Source: Synechococcus sp.
GTDB lineage: Bacteria; Cyanobacteriota; Cyanobacteriia; PCC-6307; Cyanobiaceae
Length of the DNA: 64,000 nucleotides
Reading direction: 5' to 3'
NCBI GenBank assembly: GCA_047285805.1
Contig: JBJBCN010000003.1
Location: 576,001-640,000 of the forward strand
Shown: positions 30,746-40,695 of the stretch, one piece after another
Numbering within the stretch: the first letter of the stretch is position 1
Layout of the letters: every line of letters starts with the position of its first letter
Position numbers and translations under genes: made by a program
The notes under the pieces: model-generated
What the model was told of the DNA's origin: nothing
Seen by the model: the letters and a program-made list of their open reading frames with translations, nothing else
Database searches by the model: none

Positions 30746-31633
30746 TCAGCGAGCCCCCAGTTCGGCAGCCAATTCGCGCTCCAGTTTCTCGTCGTGCTGA
30801 GTCGGCAGGACGTTGGACACCTTGGTGCGATGGGTGCTGTAGAAGAGCATGCCGATGAATACCATTCCGCCCACGATGTTGCCGAGGGTCACCGGCAGGA
30901 AGTTCCAGAAAATCACTTTTGTGTAAGGAACGCCTGAGCCCAGGATGGGACCTGCGGTGTGAAGGAATTGATTCACAACGATGTGCTCCATGCCCATCGA
31001 TTGGAAGGCCGTGATGGGGAGCCAGCAAGCCAGGATTTTGCCGGGCACGCTCTTGCTCACCAGGGCCATGGTCACGCCGAGGCAGACCAGCCAGTTAGCC
31101 ACCAGGCCGCGCAGGAAGGCAAGGAAGAAGCCCATGCTTCCCAGGGCCTCGTACTTCTTCTCAACGTTGATCACGTTCAGGGCCATGATCTTCTGTGCAA
31201 CCGCATCCCAGATCGGCGGTCCGACATTGTCAGCGGCACCATTCATGGTGCCGCTGGTGAGGCTGATCGCCATGATCAGAGCCACAACTGCGGTGCCAAG
31301 CCAGTTTCCAACCCACACCCAGGCCCAGTTCCGGAAGGTGGAGCCCCAGGTGCTTTTGCCGGCCCAGGTGGCCATCGGTAGCAAGGCGAAGTTGCCCGTT
31401 ACCAATTCCATTCCGAACAGCACGATGCTGGCGAAGCCGAAGGGGAAGAGCAGTGAACCCACGAAAGGTGCTTTCACGGTGATGCCCACCGTGAGAGCCA
31501 AAATCACAGCCAGGCCAAGAATGGCGCCGGAGTAAAAGCCACGGATCAGCAGGTTTTTAACGCTGACCGTTGATTTCTTGCCGCCGGCGGCAATCATGCC
31601 GTCGACGAGCTCATTTGGAAGGACGTAATCCAT
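30746..31633 (-). CDS. focA: Formate/nitrite transporter (FNT) family nitrite channel
   Basis: LFPFG, ELVTGN, ANWLVCL, EHIVVN, TLGNIVGG. Confidence 0.93.
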   Translation of the reverse strand: MDYVLPNELVDGMIAAGGKKSTVSVKNLLIRGFYSGAILGLAVILALTVGITVKAPFVGSLLFPFGFASIVLFGMELVTGNFALLPMATWAGKSTWGSTFRNWAWVWVGNWLGTAVVALIMAISLTSGTMNGAADNVGPPIWDAVAQKIMALNVINVEKKYEALGSMGFFLAFLRGLVANWLVCLGVTMALVSKSVPGKILACWLPITAFQSMGMEHIVVNQFLHTAGPILGSGVPYTKVIFWNFLPVTLGNIVGGMVFIGMLFYSTHRTKVSNVLPTQHDEKLERELAAELGAR

Positions 31634-31687
31634 TGAGTTGGTTGCGCGCTCTAAGTGCGCTCAGGGGAGTGCAGGTGGGTGGTGTGA

Positions 31688-31837
31688 TCAACCGCTGATG
31701 CGGTTCATAAAGCGGGAGACGATGTCTTGGTTGCCGTTAGGTCGGTAGACCGGGGTTTTGTCATCGCCACTGCTGCTGATCCAATTGACCAAGCGAGAGA
31801 AAAGGTCTTGCTTCGCTTTATTTGAAGTTGAAGTCAT
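31688..31837 (-). CDS. 49-aa small protein with an internal duplication, between nirA and focA
   Basis: My translation: MTSTSNKAKQDLFSRLVNWISSSGDDKTPVYRPNGNQDIVSRFMNRISG*; co-oriented with both neighbours. Confidence 0.75.
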   Translation of the reverse strand: MTSTSNKAKQDLFSRLVNWISSSGDDKTPVYRPNGNQDIVSRFMNRISG

Positions 31838-31938
31838 GTTGAGGGTTTAGTTGTCATCGAGCGGAGTCAGGCTTCAAAAGAAAAGAGCACCTGAATGCGT
31901 CAAGATGACGGTTTGGTTGTGATGACAACGGTCGTTAT

Positions 31939-33510
31939 TTACGACCGGGGCTTCGCGCCGAACTGTTCAATCAGAACTTCCTTCAGAACAGCTTGGATTT
32001 CACTCGCTGGAATCCCTTTGCGATGCAGTTCACCTACTTGTGGGTTGGCTCCTTGTGAACCACCGATGGTGAGGTTGTAGCCCTCGCCCATGCCGCCGTC
32101 GGGCTGTTTGGTTTTGGTCCCGGTGAGGCCGATGGCTCCCATGTAGGCCTGGCCGCAGGTGTTCGGGCAGCCGGTCCAGTGGATCTTGAGCTCCTCTGGC
32201 AGAACCAATTCGCTATCGAGGACTTCAGCGGCTGCGAGGGCCTGATCTTTGGTGTTGGTAAGGGCGAAGCTGCAATAGGTGTTGCCGGTGCAGCTCACGG
32301 TTCCAGCGGCAATGTGGCTGGGGCGGAGGCTGAAGCGCTGCATCAGCGGCTCGGCCTCAAAGGCCTGGAGCTTGGCGCTGGCGATGCCGGTGAAGATCAC
32401 GTTCTGATCTTCCGTGAGCCGGACCGCACCATCGCCATGGCGCTCAGCAATGGCTGCGATGTCTTGGAAGTCCTCAGCGCGTAGGCGGCCGACAGGCACA
32501 TGGACTCCGGCGTAGTGCAGGTCCTCTTGTTTTTGAGAATGAACGCCGTAGTGGGAGCGCGGTTCGGCGTTAAAGACTGAACCTGGATCTGGCGTGAGCG
32601 GACCAAAGCGCTCTTCCACCATCGAACGGAAGCTCTCGAGCCCCACTTCATCGAGATACAAGCGGAAGCGGCCCTTGGGACGCTTGTCCCGTTCGCCATT
32701 GTCGCGCCAGATCTTGATCACGGCCTCGGTGATGGCGCAGATCTGATCCGGCTTGACCCAGGCGTTCAAGGGGATGGCATAGGCATTCATCTGGGAGGAG
32801 AGGATGCCGCCAATCCAGACGCCAAAACCCATTTCACCGTTGTGCTCAACGGGGTGGAAGGCGATGTCGTTGTGGAGAAGGAAGTTGTCGCGGGCGCCGG
32901 CAACGGCCGTGTTCCATTTCCGCGGCAGGTTGGAGAACTCGGGGTTGCCCTGGTGGTTGCTGGTGAGGAAGTTCTCGAGTTCCTGGGTGTATGGCCGAGT
33001 GTCGACAATCTCCAGGGGGTCGATACCGGCGATCGGGTTGCCGGTGACGTTCCGAGGATTGTCGAAGGCCGACTGAATCGTGGTCAGGCCGACCGCTTTG
33101 AGTTGGCCCAAGATGTCCGGCAAGTCCTCGAGGAGGATGCCGCGCATCTGAATGTTTTGGCGAGTCGTGATGTCGGCGCTTCCGCTACTGCCGTAGCGGG
33201 CAACGACGTTGCCGACTACCCGCAACTGCTCTGCGGAGATCACGCCATTGGGGACCCGCAATCGCATCATGAATAGACCCGGGGTCTTGGGCCTCCAGAA
33301 CATGCCGTACCACTTCAGACGCAACTGAAGGTCGGTCTCGTCAACGTTTTCCCAACCCAGTTGGGCGAATTTCTCGATCTCACTGCCAACAAGCAGGCCG
33401 TCCTTGGCTGCTTTGTTCTGCTCGATCTTGTTGAGTTTCTTGCCTTCCAGCCAGCTGGGAAGTGCGTTGGAGGTCTCAGATGCGTTGGTCATTGTTGGCG
33501 TCGCCACCAT
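31939..33510 (-). CDS. nirA: Ferredoxin-nitrite reductase
   Basis: DITTRQNIQ, NLPRK, SCTGNTYC and TGCPNTCG sirohaem/[4Fe-4S] ligands. Confidence 0.97.
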   Translation of the reverse strand: MVATPTMTNASETSNALPSWLEGKKLNKIEQNKAAKDGLLVGSEIEKFAQLGWENVDETDLQLRLKWYGMFWRPKTPGLFMMRLRVPNGVISAEQLRVVGNVVARYGSSGSADITTRQNIQMRGILLEDLPDILGQLKAVGLTTIQSAFDNPRNVTGNPIAGIDPLEIVDTRPYTQELENFLTSNHQGNPEFSNLPRKWNTAVAGARDNFLLHNDIAFHPVEHNGEMGFGVWIGGILSSQMNAYAIPLNAWVKPDQICAITEAVIKIWRDNGERDKRPKGRFRLYLDEVGLESFRSMVEERFGPLTPDPGSVFNAEPRSHYGVHSQKQEDLHYAGVHVPVGRLRAEDFQDIAAIAERHGDGAVRLTEDQNVIFTGIASAKLQAFEAEPLMQRFSLRPSHIAAGTVSCTGNTYCSFALTNTKDQALAAAEVLDSELVLPEELKIHWTGCPNTCGQAYMGAIGLTGTKTKQPDGGMGEGYNLTIGGSQGANPQVGELHRKGIPASEIQAVLKEVLIEQFGAKPRS

Positions 33511-33606
33511 GGAAAATCGGTTCTTATGAGGTCAGCAACTGAGCCGTTTCCAAAGAAATGAACGACTAGTGGGGTGAATCAAATCACTCGCCCTGCCCAC
33601 TTCTGT

Positions 33607-33668
33607 GTCGTCGTTGCTACGGATTGTGCTTGTTGGTTAGCAGTGGGGGAAAGCGTGTCAACGGATAC
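33607..33668 (-). promoter_or_regulatory. Two NtcA-like boxes upstream of nirA
   Basis: Minus strand GTA-TCCGTTGA-CAC (33668-33655) and GTA-GCAACGAC-GAC (33620-33607). Confidence 0.65.
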
Positions 33669-33721
33669 CTAGAGGTGCCACGTCTTCGGGGTTGATGGTG
33701 TCGATTTTCGTCCCTAGCCGT

Positions 33722-33958
33722 TCAGTATTGGCGTCCGATTTCGCCCAGCATCCGCGTCGCACCGTTGCGAATCATCTGCCAGACCTTTCCCATGGCGGCC
33801 AAGTCAGCATCCAGCTCACGCCTCCAGTCAGGGATGGACTGCATCGACCGGTAGCGGGGCCTGTCGTAGTCGTTTCGTCCATAGACAGGGCGCTCGTAAG
33901 CAGTTCGCTCATAAGCGGGGCGTCGACGGGAGCTGGGCAGGGAACGCGTGGATGGCAT
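33722..33958 (-). CDS. Small Arg/Tyr-rich hypothetical protein (78 aa)
   Basis: Repeated Y-x-R units followed by a helical C-terminus DWRRELDADLAAMGKVWQMIR. Confidence 0.7.
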   Translation of the reverse strand: MPSTRSLPSSRRRPAYERTAYERPVYGRNDYDRPRYRSMQSIPDWRRELDADLAAMGKVWQMIRNGATRMLGEIGRQY

Positions 33959-33967
33959 GGTGAACCT

Positions 33968-34618
33968 ATGAATCCTGTGGACGTGACTCCATCAGCAGGC
34001 ACAGGGCGCTCGCGGTGGCCGTTGCTACCGAAGTCCGTTGCCGGCGATCACTCCCCACTACTCCTGGTCGTCCATGGCCAATCCGGTGGTCAGGTCCCAG
34101 AGGTTCTGTTGGATCTAGTTTCCGATTTGGTCCGGGGCCGTCAGGCTCCCGTCTGGATGCAGGCCCTGACCGCGGATCCCCTGGACCTGCCCCACCAAGG
34201 CCTGCCGCTGGTGTTGGTTCCGCTGCTGTTGACTCCAGGCAGTCATGTTCGCTCGGATGTCCCGGCCATTCGTCAGCGCCTGCGTGACCAGGGTCATCGT
34301 GTTCAGGCCCTTCCTTTCTTGGGTGCTTGGGGGCCCTGGCTGGAGCATTTGCGCGGCTTGGCTGCCCCCGCGGTACTGCACCATCCACTTCGTCCAGGGG
34401 TGGCGGATCGCTATATCGCCGCCTTGAGCGCGTACGTGGGTGTGCCCTTCTTCAGTGCAGACCGCAGTGGTGAAGGCGATGCGGCGGCATTGCCCCTGGC
34501 CCTGGCCCCCAACCGGATGACGGCCCATCTGCAGGCCGAAGCGTCTCCCTGTTTGGCGCTGCTTGAGCGCCCCGCCACTCGTCAGTTTTTGCTCAACCTC
34601 CTCCTTGATCTGCCATGA
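33968..34618 (+). CDS. CbiX/SirB-like chelatase (probable sirohydrochlorin ferrochelatase)
   Basis: LLLVVHG and VPLLLTPGSHVRSDVP; ATGA overlap with cobA; start uncertain. Confidence 0.75.
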   Translation: MNPVDVTPSAGTGRSRWPLLPKSVAGDHSPLLLVVHGQSGGQVPEVLLDLVSDLVRGRQAPVWMQALTADPLDLPHQGLPLVLVPLLLTPGSHVRSDVPAIRQRLRDQGHRVQALPFLGAWGPWLEHLRGLAAPAVLHHPLRPGVADRYIAALSAYVGVPFFSADRSGEGDAAALPLALAPNRMTAHLQAEASPCLALLERPATRQFLLNLLLDLP

Positions 34619-35418
34619 CCGCTGACGTTGCCGGCAAGGTGTATTTGGTGGGGGCGGGGCCAGGTGACCCCGACCTGCTGACCGTGAAGGCCCATCGCCT
34701 GCTGAGCCAGTGCGATGCCCTCGTGTACGACTCCCTTGTTCCTCGGGAGGTGTTGGCTTTGGTGCCGGAGGGCGCCGAGCAGCACTTTGTGGGAAAACGC
34801 CGGGGGCATCACTCCGTGCCCCAGCCCAGCACCAATGCGGTGCTGGTGGAGATGGCCAAGCGCCATCGCTGCGTTGTGCGCTTAAAGGGTGGCGATCCCT
34901 TCCTGTTTGGGCGAGGTGGTGAGGAGGCGGCCCATCTGGAGCGCCATGGTGTCGCGGTAGAGGTGGTGCCCGGTGTAACTGCTGGCATTGCAGCCCCGGC
35001 CTACGTGGGGATTCCCGTGACCCATCGCCGGGCGGGCAGTTCTGTCACCTTCGTGACGGGGCATGAGGAGATCGACAAGCGCCGGCCTGGCGTCGATTGG
35101 CGCGGCTTGGCCCGCAGCAGTGACGGCCTGGTGATTTACATGGGCCTCCACAACCTTCCGCACATTTGCGAGGAGTTGATTTCCGGTGGCTTGGAGATCT
35201 CCACCCCGGCGGCCGCGGTCCAACAGGGCACCGTTCGCGGCCAGAAGGCCGTGGTGTCAACCTTGGGGGGATTGGCCGATGCGGTTCAGGAGGCTGAGCT
35301 AACTTCTCCGTCAATTGTGGTGATTGGGGAGGTCGTCAGCCAGCGCATTGAGAGCTGCGCGCCTGAGCCAGCGATGGTGGAAATGCCGATCCCCCTCAAA
35401 AAAGGCTTAGCGTCTTAA
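34615..35418 (+). CDS. cobA: Uroporphyrinogen-III C-methyltransferase
   Basis: VYLVGAGPGDPDLLT, RLKGGDPFLFGRGGEE, VPGVTAG. Confidence 0.95.
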   Translation: MTADVAGKVYLVGAGPGDPDLLTVKAHRLLSQCDALVYDSLVPREVLALVPEGAEQHFVGKRRGHHSVPQPSTNAVLVEMAKRHRCVVRLKGGDPFLFGRGGEEAAHLERHGVAVEVVPGVTAGIAAPAYVGIPVTHRRAGSSVTFVTGHEEIDKRRPGVDWRGLARSSDGLVIYMGLHNLPHICEELISGGLEISTPAAAVQQGTVRGQKAVVSTLGGLADAVQEAELTSPSIVVIGEVVSQRIESCAPEPAMVEMPIPLKKGLAS

Positions 35419-35734
35419 GCAGCAAGCCGTACTTTGGGAGCTGTGCTTGCTGGTCGTTCATCCATTGATCGTCCGTTGCTCTGAGGACCGCGTGGCTGCC
35501 GCGTCGTTCTCGGTTGTAGAGCAAATGAATGATCCGCTCCGGATCGATCTCTAGAGCCGCAATTTCATTCCAGAGACCCTGACTGGCAACGGCATCCCCT
35601 TGCTCGATTTGTGCCTCAGCTAAGCGCTGGGTCAAGTCGATGACCAAGGCTTGTTCTTTGAGAGCGGAAAAGCTCTTGCTCTGCACTCCAGCCTGCCCCG
35701 GTCGCTTCATCGACCTGCTGGAGAGGGCTGTCAT
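35396..35734 (-). CDS. Hypothetical protein
   Basis: 112-aa ORF with a plausible helical core (LWNEIAALEIDPERIIHLLY); start uncertain. Confidence 0.55.
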   Translation of the reverse strand: MTALSSRSMKRPGQAGVQSKSFSALKEQALVIDLTQRLAEAQIEQGDAVASQGLWNEIAALEIDPERIIHLLYNRERRGSHAVLRATDDQWMNDQQAQLPKYGLLLKTLSLF

Positions 35735-35785
35735 CCCAAGCGTCCGCGTCTTGGACGAACGCTAATCAGGCTTGCTCGAGTTGGC

Positions 35786-35989
35786 TCAAGGATCAGCCCG
35801 CCAGTTGGGCAGTCCGAGCGCATCCCGTTGGCTAAAGCGCTCGCAGACGGCGTAGGCCGCGGGGAGGTTGGCGACGCGCTCCCAGTTGCCGTCACTTTTG
35901 TTGTGGTTCACGACGTAGCCGCCACCCCCATCGCGGGCGATCCGGCAGCCGTCACCGGTGAGTCCGACGAGATGCAGATGGTCGCCCAT
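35786..35989 (-). CDS. Small hypothetical protein (67 aa)
   Basis: ATG-started ORF in a gap free of other convincing genes. Confidence 0.6.
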   Translation of the reverse strand: MGDHLHLVGLTGDGCRIARDGGGGYVVNHNKSDGNWERVANLPAAYAVCERFSQRDALGLPNWRADP

Positions 35990-36308
35990 GAATCCGACTG
36001 CTGATTGAAAGATTTTTAAGACCGGGTAATGGGACCGGATTCAGTGTTTGTTTCCCCACGCAATCAAACGTGAGCCTTGAGAAAACAATCGAAACAGCGT
36101 TTCACCTTTTCTTTGGGATCGCCCCTCGTTGCGTCTGCTTTATTTTTTGTAGGCCAATTTGCCTAGAGCGGAGGTTGTCGCGTGGGTGCCACCGATGATC
36201 CCGGGTCGCGCTCAGTGTCAGCAGATCGTCATTTGTTTGGGTGGGTTGAGGCCCCGCTTCCCACCCTGGTCAGCCCTGGCTAGAGCGAAATCAGTGAGCG
36301 TTGTTTCG

Positions 36309-36777
36309 ATGTCGGCTGTCCTGCGTGTTGGACTCACCGCCTTGATCAGCGGGAGTGCCCGGATGGCCTCCTCGCCAGCACTGGCCTCCTGCCAGTTTCT
36401 CACCCCCGTCGCTGGTCATGGCCAGAGCAACATCGTCACCAAGACCATCAACTTGGGTAGCCCCTTGCCCTTCAGTCGCCCGAATTGAACACGGACTTCT
36501 TCGTCAATCAGCCCTACAGCCACTACAAGCTGCTTTCACTGCGAATTCCTCGGTCAGTGCGATCTATCCGATCCAGGCCTACCTGAAATTCACCGATGGT
36601 TCCAAGCTTCGGGCGGTGAATGACTCCTGTGCCCCCAACGTCGGCACAGGGCGACAGTGGGATGTGCGGGCCGTTCCTGGCAAAACGGTAAACCAAGTGA
36701 ATTTCAAGATCGGCGCCAGCGGTTATCAATCCGCCACCGGATTCACCTATCGGATCTCTGTGCAGGGCTTCAATTAG
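36309..36777 (+). pseudogene. Frameshifted secreted hypothetical protein
   Basis: Signal-like ...PALA-SCQFL; a coherent reading continues over three frames (..SRPN / NTDFFVNQPYSHYKL / FTANSS...YRISVQGFN), which requires two 1-nt deletions. Confidence 0.7.
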
Positions 36778-38486
36778 AGCAGGAAGTAGCGTTGAGCCAT
36801 GGGCAGCACCTCAGCGGGTTCACAGCTGAGCAGTTCTCCGTTGGCAAAGACCTCGTAGGTCTGCGGGTCGACCTCCACTCGGGGCAGGGCTGTGTTGTTT
36901 TTCATCGCCGCCTTGCCGATGCCTCCGCGGGTGTTCAGCACTGGAACGCAGAGGCGCTCGAGCCCTAGTTTTCGGGGTAGATCGCCATCGAGTGCTGCTT
37001 GGCTCACGAAGGTGAGGCAACTGGGGGCCAGTGCCTTGCCGAAGGCCGCGAACATAGGCCGTCCATGGACCGGTCCAGGTGTGGGGATCGAGGCGTTGGC
37101 GTCACCCATCTGGGCCCAGACGATCGAGCCCCCTTTGATGACGAGCTCCGGTTTCACGCCAAAGAAACCGGGTTTCCACAGGACCAGGTCCGCGAGCTTG
37201 CCGACCTCCACGGAACCGACCTGTTGATCCAAGCCATGGGCGATGGCGGGGTTGATCGTGGTCTTGGCGATGTAGCGCTTTAGGCGGGTGTTGTCGTTGC
37301 GGCTGCTGTCCTCTGGTAGGGCGCCCCGCTGCACCTTCATCTTGTGGGCGGTCTGGAAGGTGCGGATGATGACCTCGCCAACGCGGCCCATGGCCTGGGA
37401 GTCGCTGGCGATGATCGAGAAGGCGCCAATGTCGTGAAGGATGTCCTCGGCGGCGATCGTCTCGCGCCGGATACGTGACTCGGCGAAAGCCACATCCTCC
37501 GGGATCTTGGGATCCAGGTGGTGGCACACCATCAACATGTCGAGGTGTTCCTCGAGGGTGTTGCAGGTGTAGGGACGGGTGGGATTGGTACTGCTTGGCA
37601 GGACGTTGGCTTCACCGCAGATCTTGATGATGTCCGGGGCATGGCCGCCGCCCGCCCCTTCGGTGTGGAAGGTGTGGATGGTGCGGCCGCCGATGGCGCG
37701 AATCGTGTCTTCGACAAACCCCGCTTCGTTCAGCGTGTCGCTATGTATGCACACCTGCACATCCAAGCGATCGGCCACGCTTAAACAGCAATCGATGGCA
37801 GCCGGCGTAGTCCCCCAGTCCTCGTGAAGCTTGAGCCCGCACGCCCCGGCGTGGACCTGCTCTTCAATCGCCTCCGGGGTGGCGCCGTTGCCTTTGCCGA
37901 AGAACCCGAGGTTCACGGGTAGCCCCTCGGCGGCCTGCAGCATCCGGCCGATGTGAAAGGCCCCTGGAGTGCAGGTGGTGGCGTTGGTTCCCGTGGCAGG
38001 TCCCGTGCCGCCCCCCAGCAGCGTCGTCACCCCACTGGCGAGGGCCGTTGCGATCTGCTGGGGGCAGATGAAGTGAATGTGGGTGTCGATCGAGCCCGCC
38101 GTAAGGATGTGCCCCTCCCCGGCAATGGCTTCGGTGCCTGGGCCCACGACGATGTCGACCCCTGCTTGGGTGTCCGGGTTGCCCGCCTTGCCGATGCCGC
38201 AGATGTGGCCATCGCGGATGCCGATGTCGGCTTTGACGATCCCCCACCAATCAAGAATCAGGGCGTTGGTGATGACGGTGTCGACCGCTCCATCGGCGCG
38301 GGTGATCTGGGCTTGGCCCATGCCGTCGCGGATGACCTTGCCGCCGCCGAACTTCACCTCATCGCCGTAGACGGTCAGGTCCTGTTCCACCTCGAGGATC
38401 AGCTCGGTGTCCGCCAAACGCAGACGATCGCCGGTGGTGGGGCCGTAGGTCTCGGCGTACTGACGGCGTGAAATGCGGTAGGGCAT
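36774..38486 (-). CDS. ureC: Urease alpha subunit
   Basis: [47 protein letters not shown]. Confidence 0.98.
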   Translation of the reverse strand: MPYRISRRQYAETYGPTTGDRLRLADTELILEVEQDLTVYGDEVKFGGGKVIRDGMGQAQITRADGAVDTVITNALILDWWGIVKADIGIRDGHICGIGKAGNPDTQAGVDIVVGPGTEAIAGEGHILTAGSIDTHIHFICPQQIATALASGVTTLLGGGTGPATGTNATTCTPGAFHIGRMLQAAEGLPVNLGFFGKGNGATPEAIEEQVHAGACGLKLHEDWGTTPAAIDCCLSVADRLDVQVCIHSDTLNEAGFVEDTIRAIGGRTIHTFHTEGAGGGHAPDIIKICGEANVLPSSTNPTRPYTCNTLEEHLDMLMVCHHLDPKIPEDVAFAESRIRRETIAAEDILHDIGAFSIIASDSQAMGRVGEVIIRTFQTAHKMKVQRGALPEDSSRNDNTRLKRYIAKTTINPAIAHGLDQQVGSVEVGKLADLVLWKPGFFGVKPELVIKGGSIVWAQMGDANASIPTPGPVHGRPMFAAFGKALAPSCLTFVSQAALDGDLPRKLGLERLCVPVLNTRGGIGKAAMKNNTALPRVEVDPQTYEVFANGELLSCEPAEVLPMAQRYFLL

Positions 38487-38496
38487 GGAGTGTCAG

Positions 38497-38814
38497 TCAG
38501 TCGAGGGGGCCGTTGATCAGGCCGTTGAAGCCAAAGACGCGCCGCGCGCCGGCGTAGGGAACCAGTTGCACCTCGCGACTGTCACCCGGTTCGAAACGAA
38601 TCGCGGTGCCGGCAGGAATGTCGAGCCGCTTTCCCCGGGTGGCCTCGCGATCGAAGTGCAGGGCGGCGTTGGCTTCAAAGAAGTGGAAGTGGGAGCCCAC
38701 CTGCACGGGCCGATCTCCGGTGTTTGCCACCAGAACCGTGGTGATGGGGCGGCCGCTGTTGAGTTCCAGCTCGCCCGGTTCAGGAATTAGTTCCCCGGGA
38801 ATTAATCCAGCCAT
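38497..38814 (-). CDS. ureB: Urease beta subunit
   Basis: [30 protein letters not shown]. Confidence 0.97.
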   Translation of the reverse strand: MAGLIPGELIPEPGELELNSGRPITTVLVANTGDRPVQVGSHFHFFEANAALHFDREATRGKRLDIPAGTAIRFEPGDSREVQLVPYAGARRVFGFNGLINGPLD

Positions 38815-38820
38815 GGCCGA

Positions 38821-39123
38821 TCAGCGAATGGGGTCGTGCAGGGTTACGAGCTTGGTGCCGTCGGGAAACACCGCCTCGATCTGAACTTCGTGGACCAGTT
38901 CAGGAATCCCCTCCATGACCTGATCGCGGCTCAGCCAGGTGGTGCCCTCGGCCATCAGCTCAGCAACGGTTTTCCCGTCCCGTGCCCCTTCGAGCACCAG
39001 AAAACTCAGCCAGGCCACCGCTTCGGGATGGTTGAGCTTGAGGCCGCGGTTTAAGCGGCGTTCGGCCAGCAGGGCCGCGGTGACGATCAGGAGCTTGTCC
39101 TTCTCCTGAGGGGTCAGATGCAT
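38821..39123 (-). CDS. ureA: Urease gamma subunit
   Basis: [27 protein letters not shown]. Confidence 0.97.
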   Translation of the reverse strand: MHLTPQEKDKLLIVTAALLAERRLNRGLKLNHPEAVAWLSFLVLEGARDGKTVAELMAEGTTWLSRDQVMEGIPELVHEVQIEAVFPDGTKLVTLHDPIR

Positions 39124-39192
39124 GGTGAGGCGGGAGCCTAATCCACTTAATTAGTAGCCATCACTCTGGTTCTGGGCTGTGCTCTCCTCTGT

Positions 39193-40116
39193 TCAGATTG
39201 AACAGTCAGGCCTGGGGGTAAGCGGGCTCTCCTGGAAGGGCCAGACCCGGGGAATCTCTGGTGGGGCAAGCCCTTGGACCGCTCGAATCAGGGCCCAAAT
39301 CCGGCAGAACCAGAAGCGGGCGGCCTGGCTGGAGGGGCCGCGGTAGCGGGCCACAAGTCCCTGTTCGAGGGCGCCGCAGGCCATGGTTCCCTCCAGGCCT
39401 GCCCGTTGTTCGCGGCAGCTGTGGAGCAAGGCCTCGATCGCGGTTGAGCTCAGCGGTTCCCCGGCAATCCAGGCCAAGGAGCCGAAGACCGGTTGGTCCG
39501 CCATGCCGTGCTCACCCGTCAGTGCCGCTCCATGGAGCTCAAGGCGGTCCACCAATTCCCAGTGCTCGTCCTTGGCTCCGGTGCGGGTGACTTCCAGGGC
39601 GGAGCGCCAGCGGCCCTGCTCGAGGTCTTCGCCGGCTGCGGTGCGTCCGAGCCGCACAACCTCGGCCCCGAGAAAACTGGCGCCCGGTGCCAGTTGGACG
39701 CGGCAGGTCTGTTCAAACAGGCCATTGGCGTAGAGCACGAGCTCCTGCGGGAGCCACTCCAGCTGGCTGCCTTGCTGCAGGTTGAACGTCAGGGTTTGCC
39801 GTGACCAGGCCCCCTGGGGGTGTTGGCGGGAGCGTCCGATGCTGCCGTAGATCTTCTGGGCCGCGACGCTGGTGAGCAGGGCCTGGCTCTGGGGCCGGAG
39901 CTGGGCCGTGATCTGCAGTTCGTCCCCGCCCACGAGGCCCCCGGCGGTGTGCAAGATTGGAAGCTCGCAATGGCCACTGCTCTGCAGCTGTGCCCGCTGC
40001 AGCTTCAGCGGCGAGCTGGCCTGACCTTGATGGATGGTGCGTTGGCTATCCGCTGAGCCCCGCCGTTCGAACTGGAGGTCGAGACTCCCTCGCCAAGCGG
40101 ATTGCGGTTCAGCCAT
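39193..40116 (-). CDS. ureD: Urease accessory protein D
   Basis: HTAGGLVGGD, TSVAAQKIY, LEWLPQE; start chosen at MAEPQ. Confidence 0.93.
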   Translation of the reverse strand: MAEPQSAWRGSLDLQFERRGSADSQRTIHQGQASSPLKLQRAQLQSSGHCELPILHTAGGLVGGDELQITAQLRPQSQALLTSVAAQKIYGSIGRSRQHPQGAWSRQTLTFNLQQGSQLEWLPQELVLYANGLFEQTCRVQLAPGASFLGAEVVRLGRTAAGEDLEQGRWRSALEVTRTGAKDEHWELVDRLELHGAALTGEHGMADQPVFGSLAWIAGEPLSSTAIEALLHSCREQRAGLEGTMACGALEQGLVARYRGPSSQAARFWFCRIWALIRAVQGLAPPEIPRVWPFQESPLTPRPDCSI

Positions 40117-40150
40117 GGCCGCATACTCCGGTCCCGTCGCGCCTGCTTTG

Positions 40151-40164
40151 GTAACAACCAGCAC
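40151..40164. promoter_or_regulatory. NtcA-like box between divergent ureD and ureE
   Basis: GTA-ACAACCAG-CAC. Confidence 0.55.
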
Positions 40165-40194
40165 AAAGGCCAGGGGTGGTCTCTCGTCAGGGTG

Positions 40195-40695
40195 ATGCCC
40201 TTCGGATCCCATCAGGTGGAGCAGGGTTCAGCGATCGTCTTGGTGGAGCGTTACCCCGAGGGAGCGCTGCCCCAGTCAGGGGCCTACGCCTTGCAGTTGG
40301 CCCTGACGGCTGATGAGCGTACGAGCCTGCGGGGCCATCGCCGCAGTTGCTGTGGCCGTGATCTCGTGCTGCAGCTTCCCCGTGGCGCGGCTCTGCAGCC
40401 CGGGGATTGCCTGATCAGCGACGACGGTCACTGGCGGGTGCAGGTCGAGGCGGCGGCGGAGCCGGTGATGCAGGTCCTCAGCACTGACCCCTTGGCCCTG
40501 CTCCAGGCGGCTTATCACCTGGGGAATCGCCACGTGGCGATGGAGTTGCATCCCGACCGCCTGGTGCTCTTGCAGGACAGTGTCCTGGCGGAGCTCCTGC
40601 GTCAACGGCAGCTGCAGGTGGAGTGTCTCGATGCGCCCTTCCGGCCTGAGGCCGGTGCCTACGAGGGCGTTCCCCATGCCCACTCCCATGGCTGA
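40195..40695 (+). CDS. ureE: Urease accessory protein E
   Basis: AAYHLGNRH, FRPEAGAY, His-containing tail; start uncertain. Confidence 0.93.
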   Translation: MPFGSHQVEQGSAIVLVERYPEGALPQSGAYALQLALTADERTSLRGHRRSCCGRDLVLQLPRGAALQPGDCLISDDGHWRVQVEAAAEPVMQVLSTDPLALLQAAYHLGNRHVAMELHPDRLVLLQDSVLAELLRQRQLQVECLDAPFRPEAGAYEGVPHAHSHG

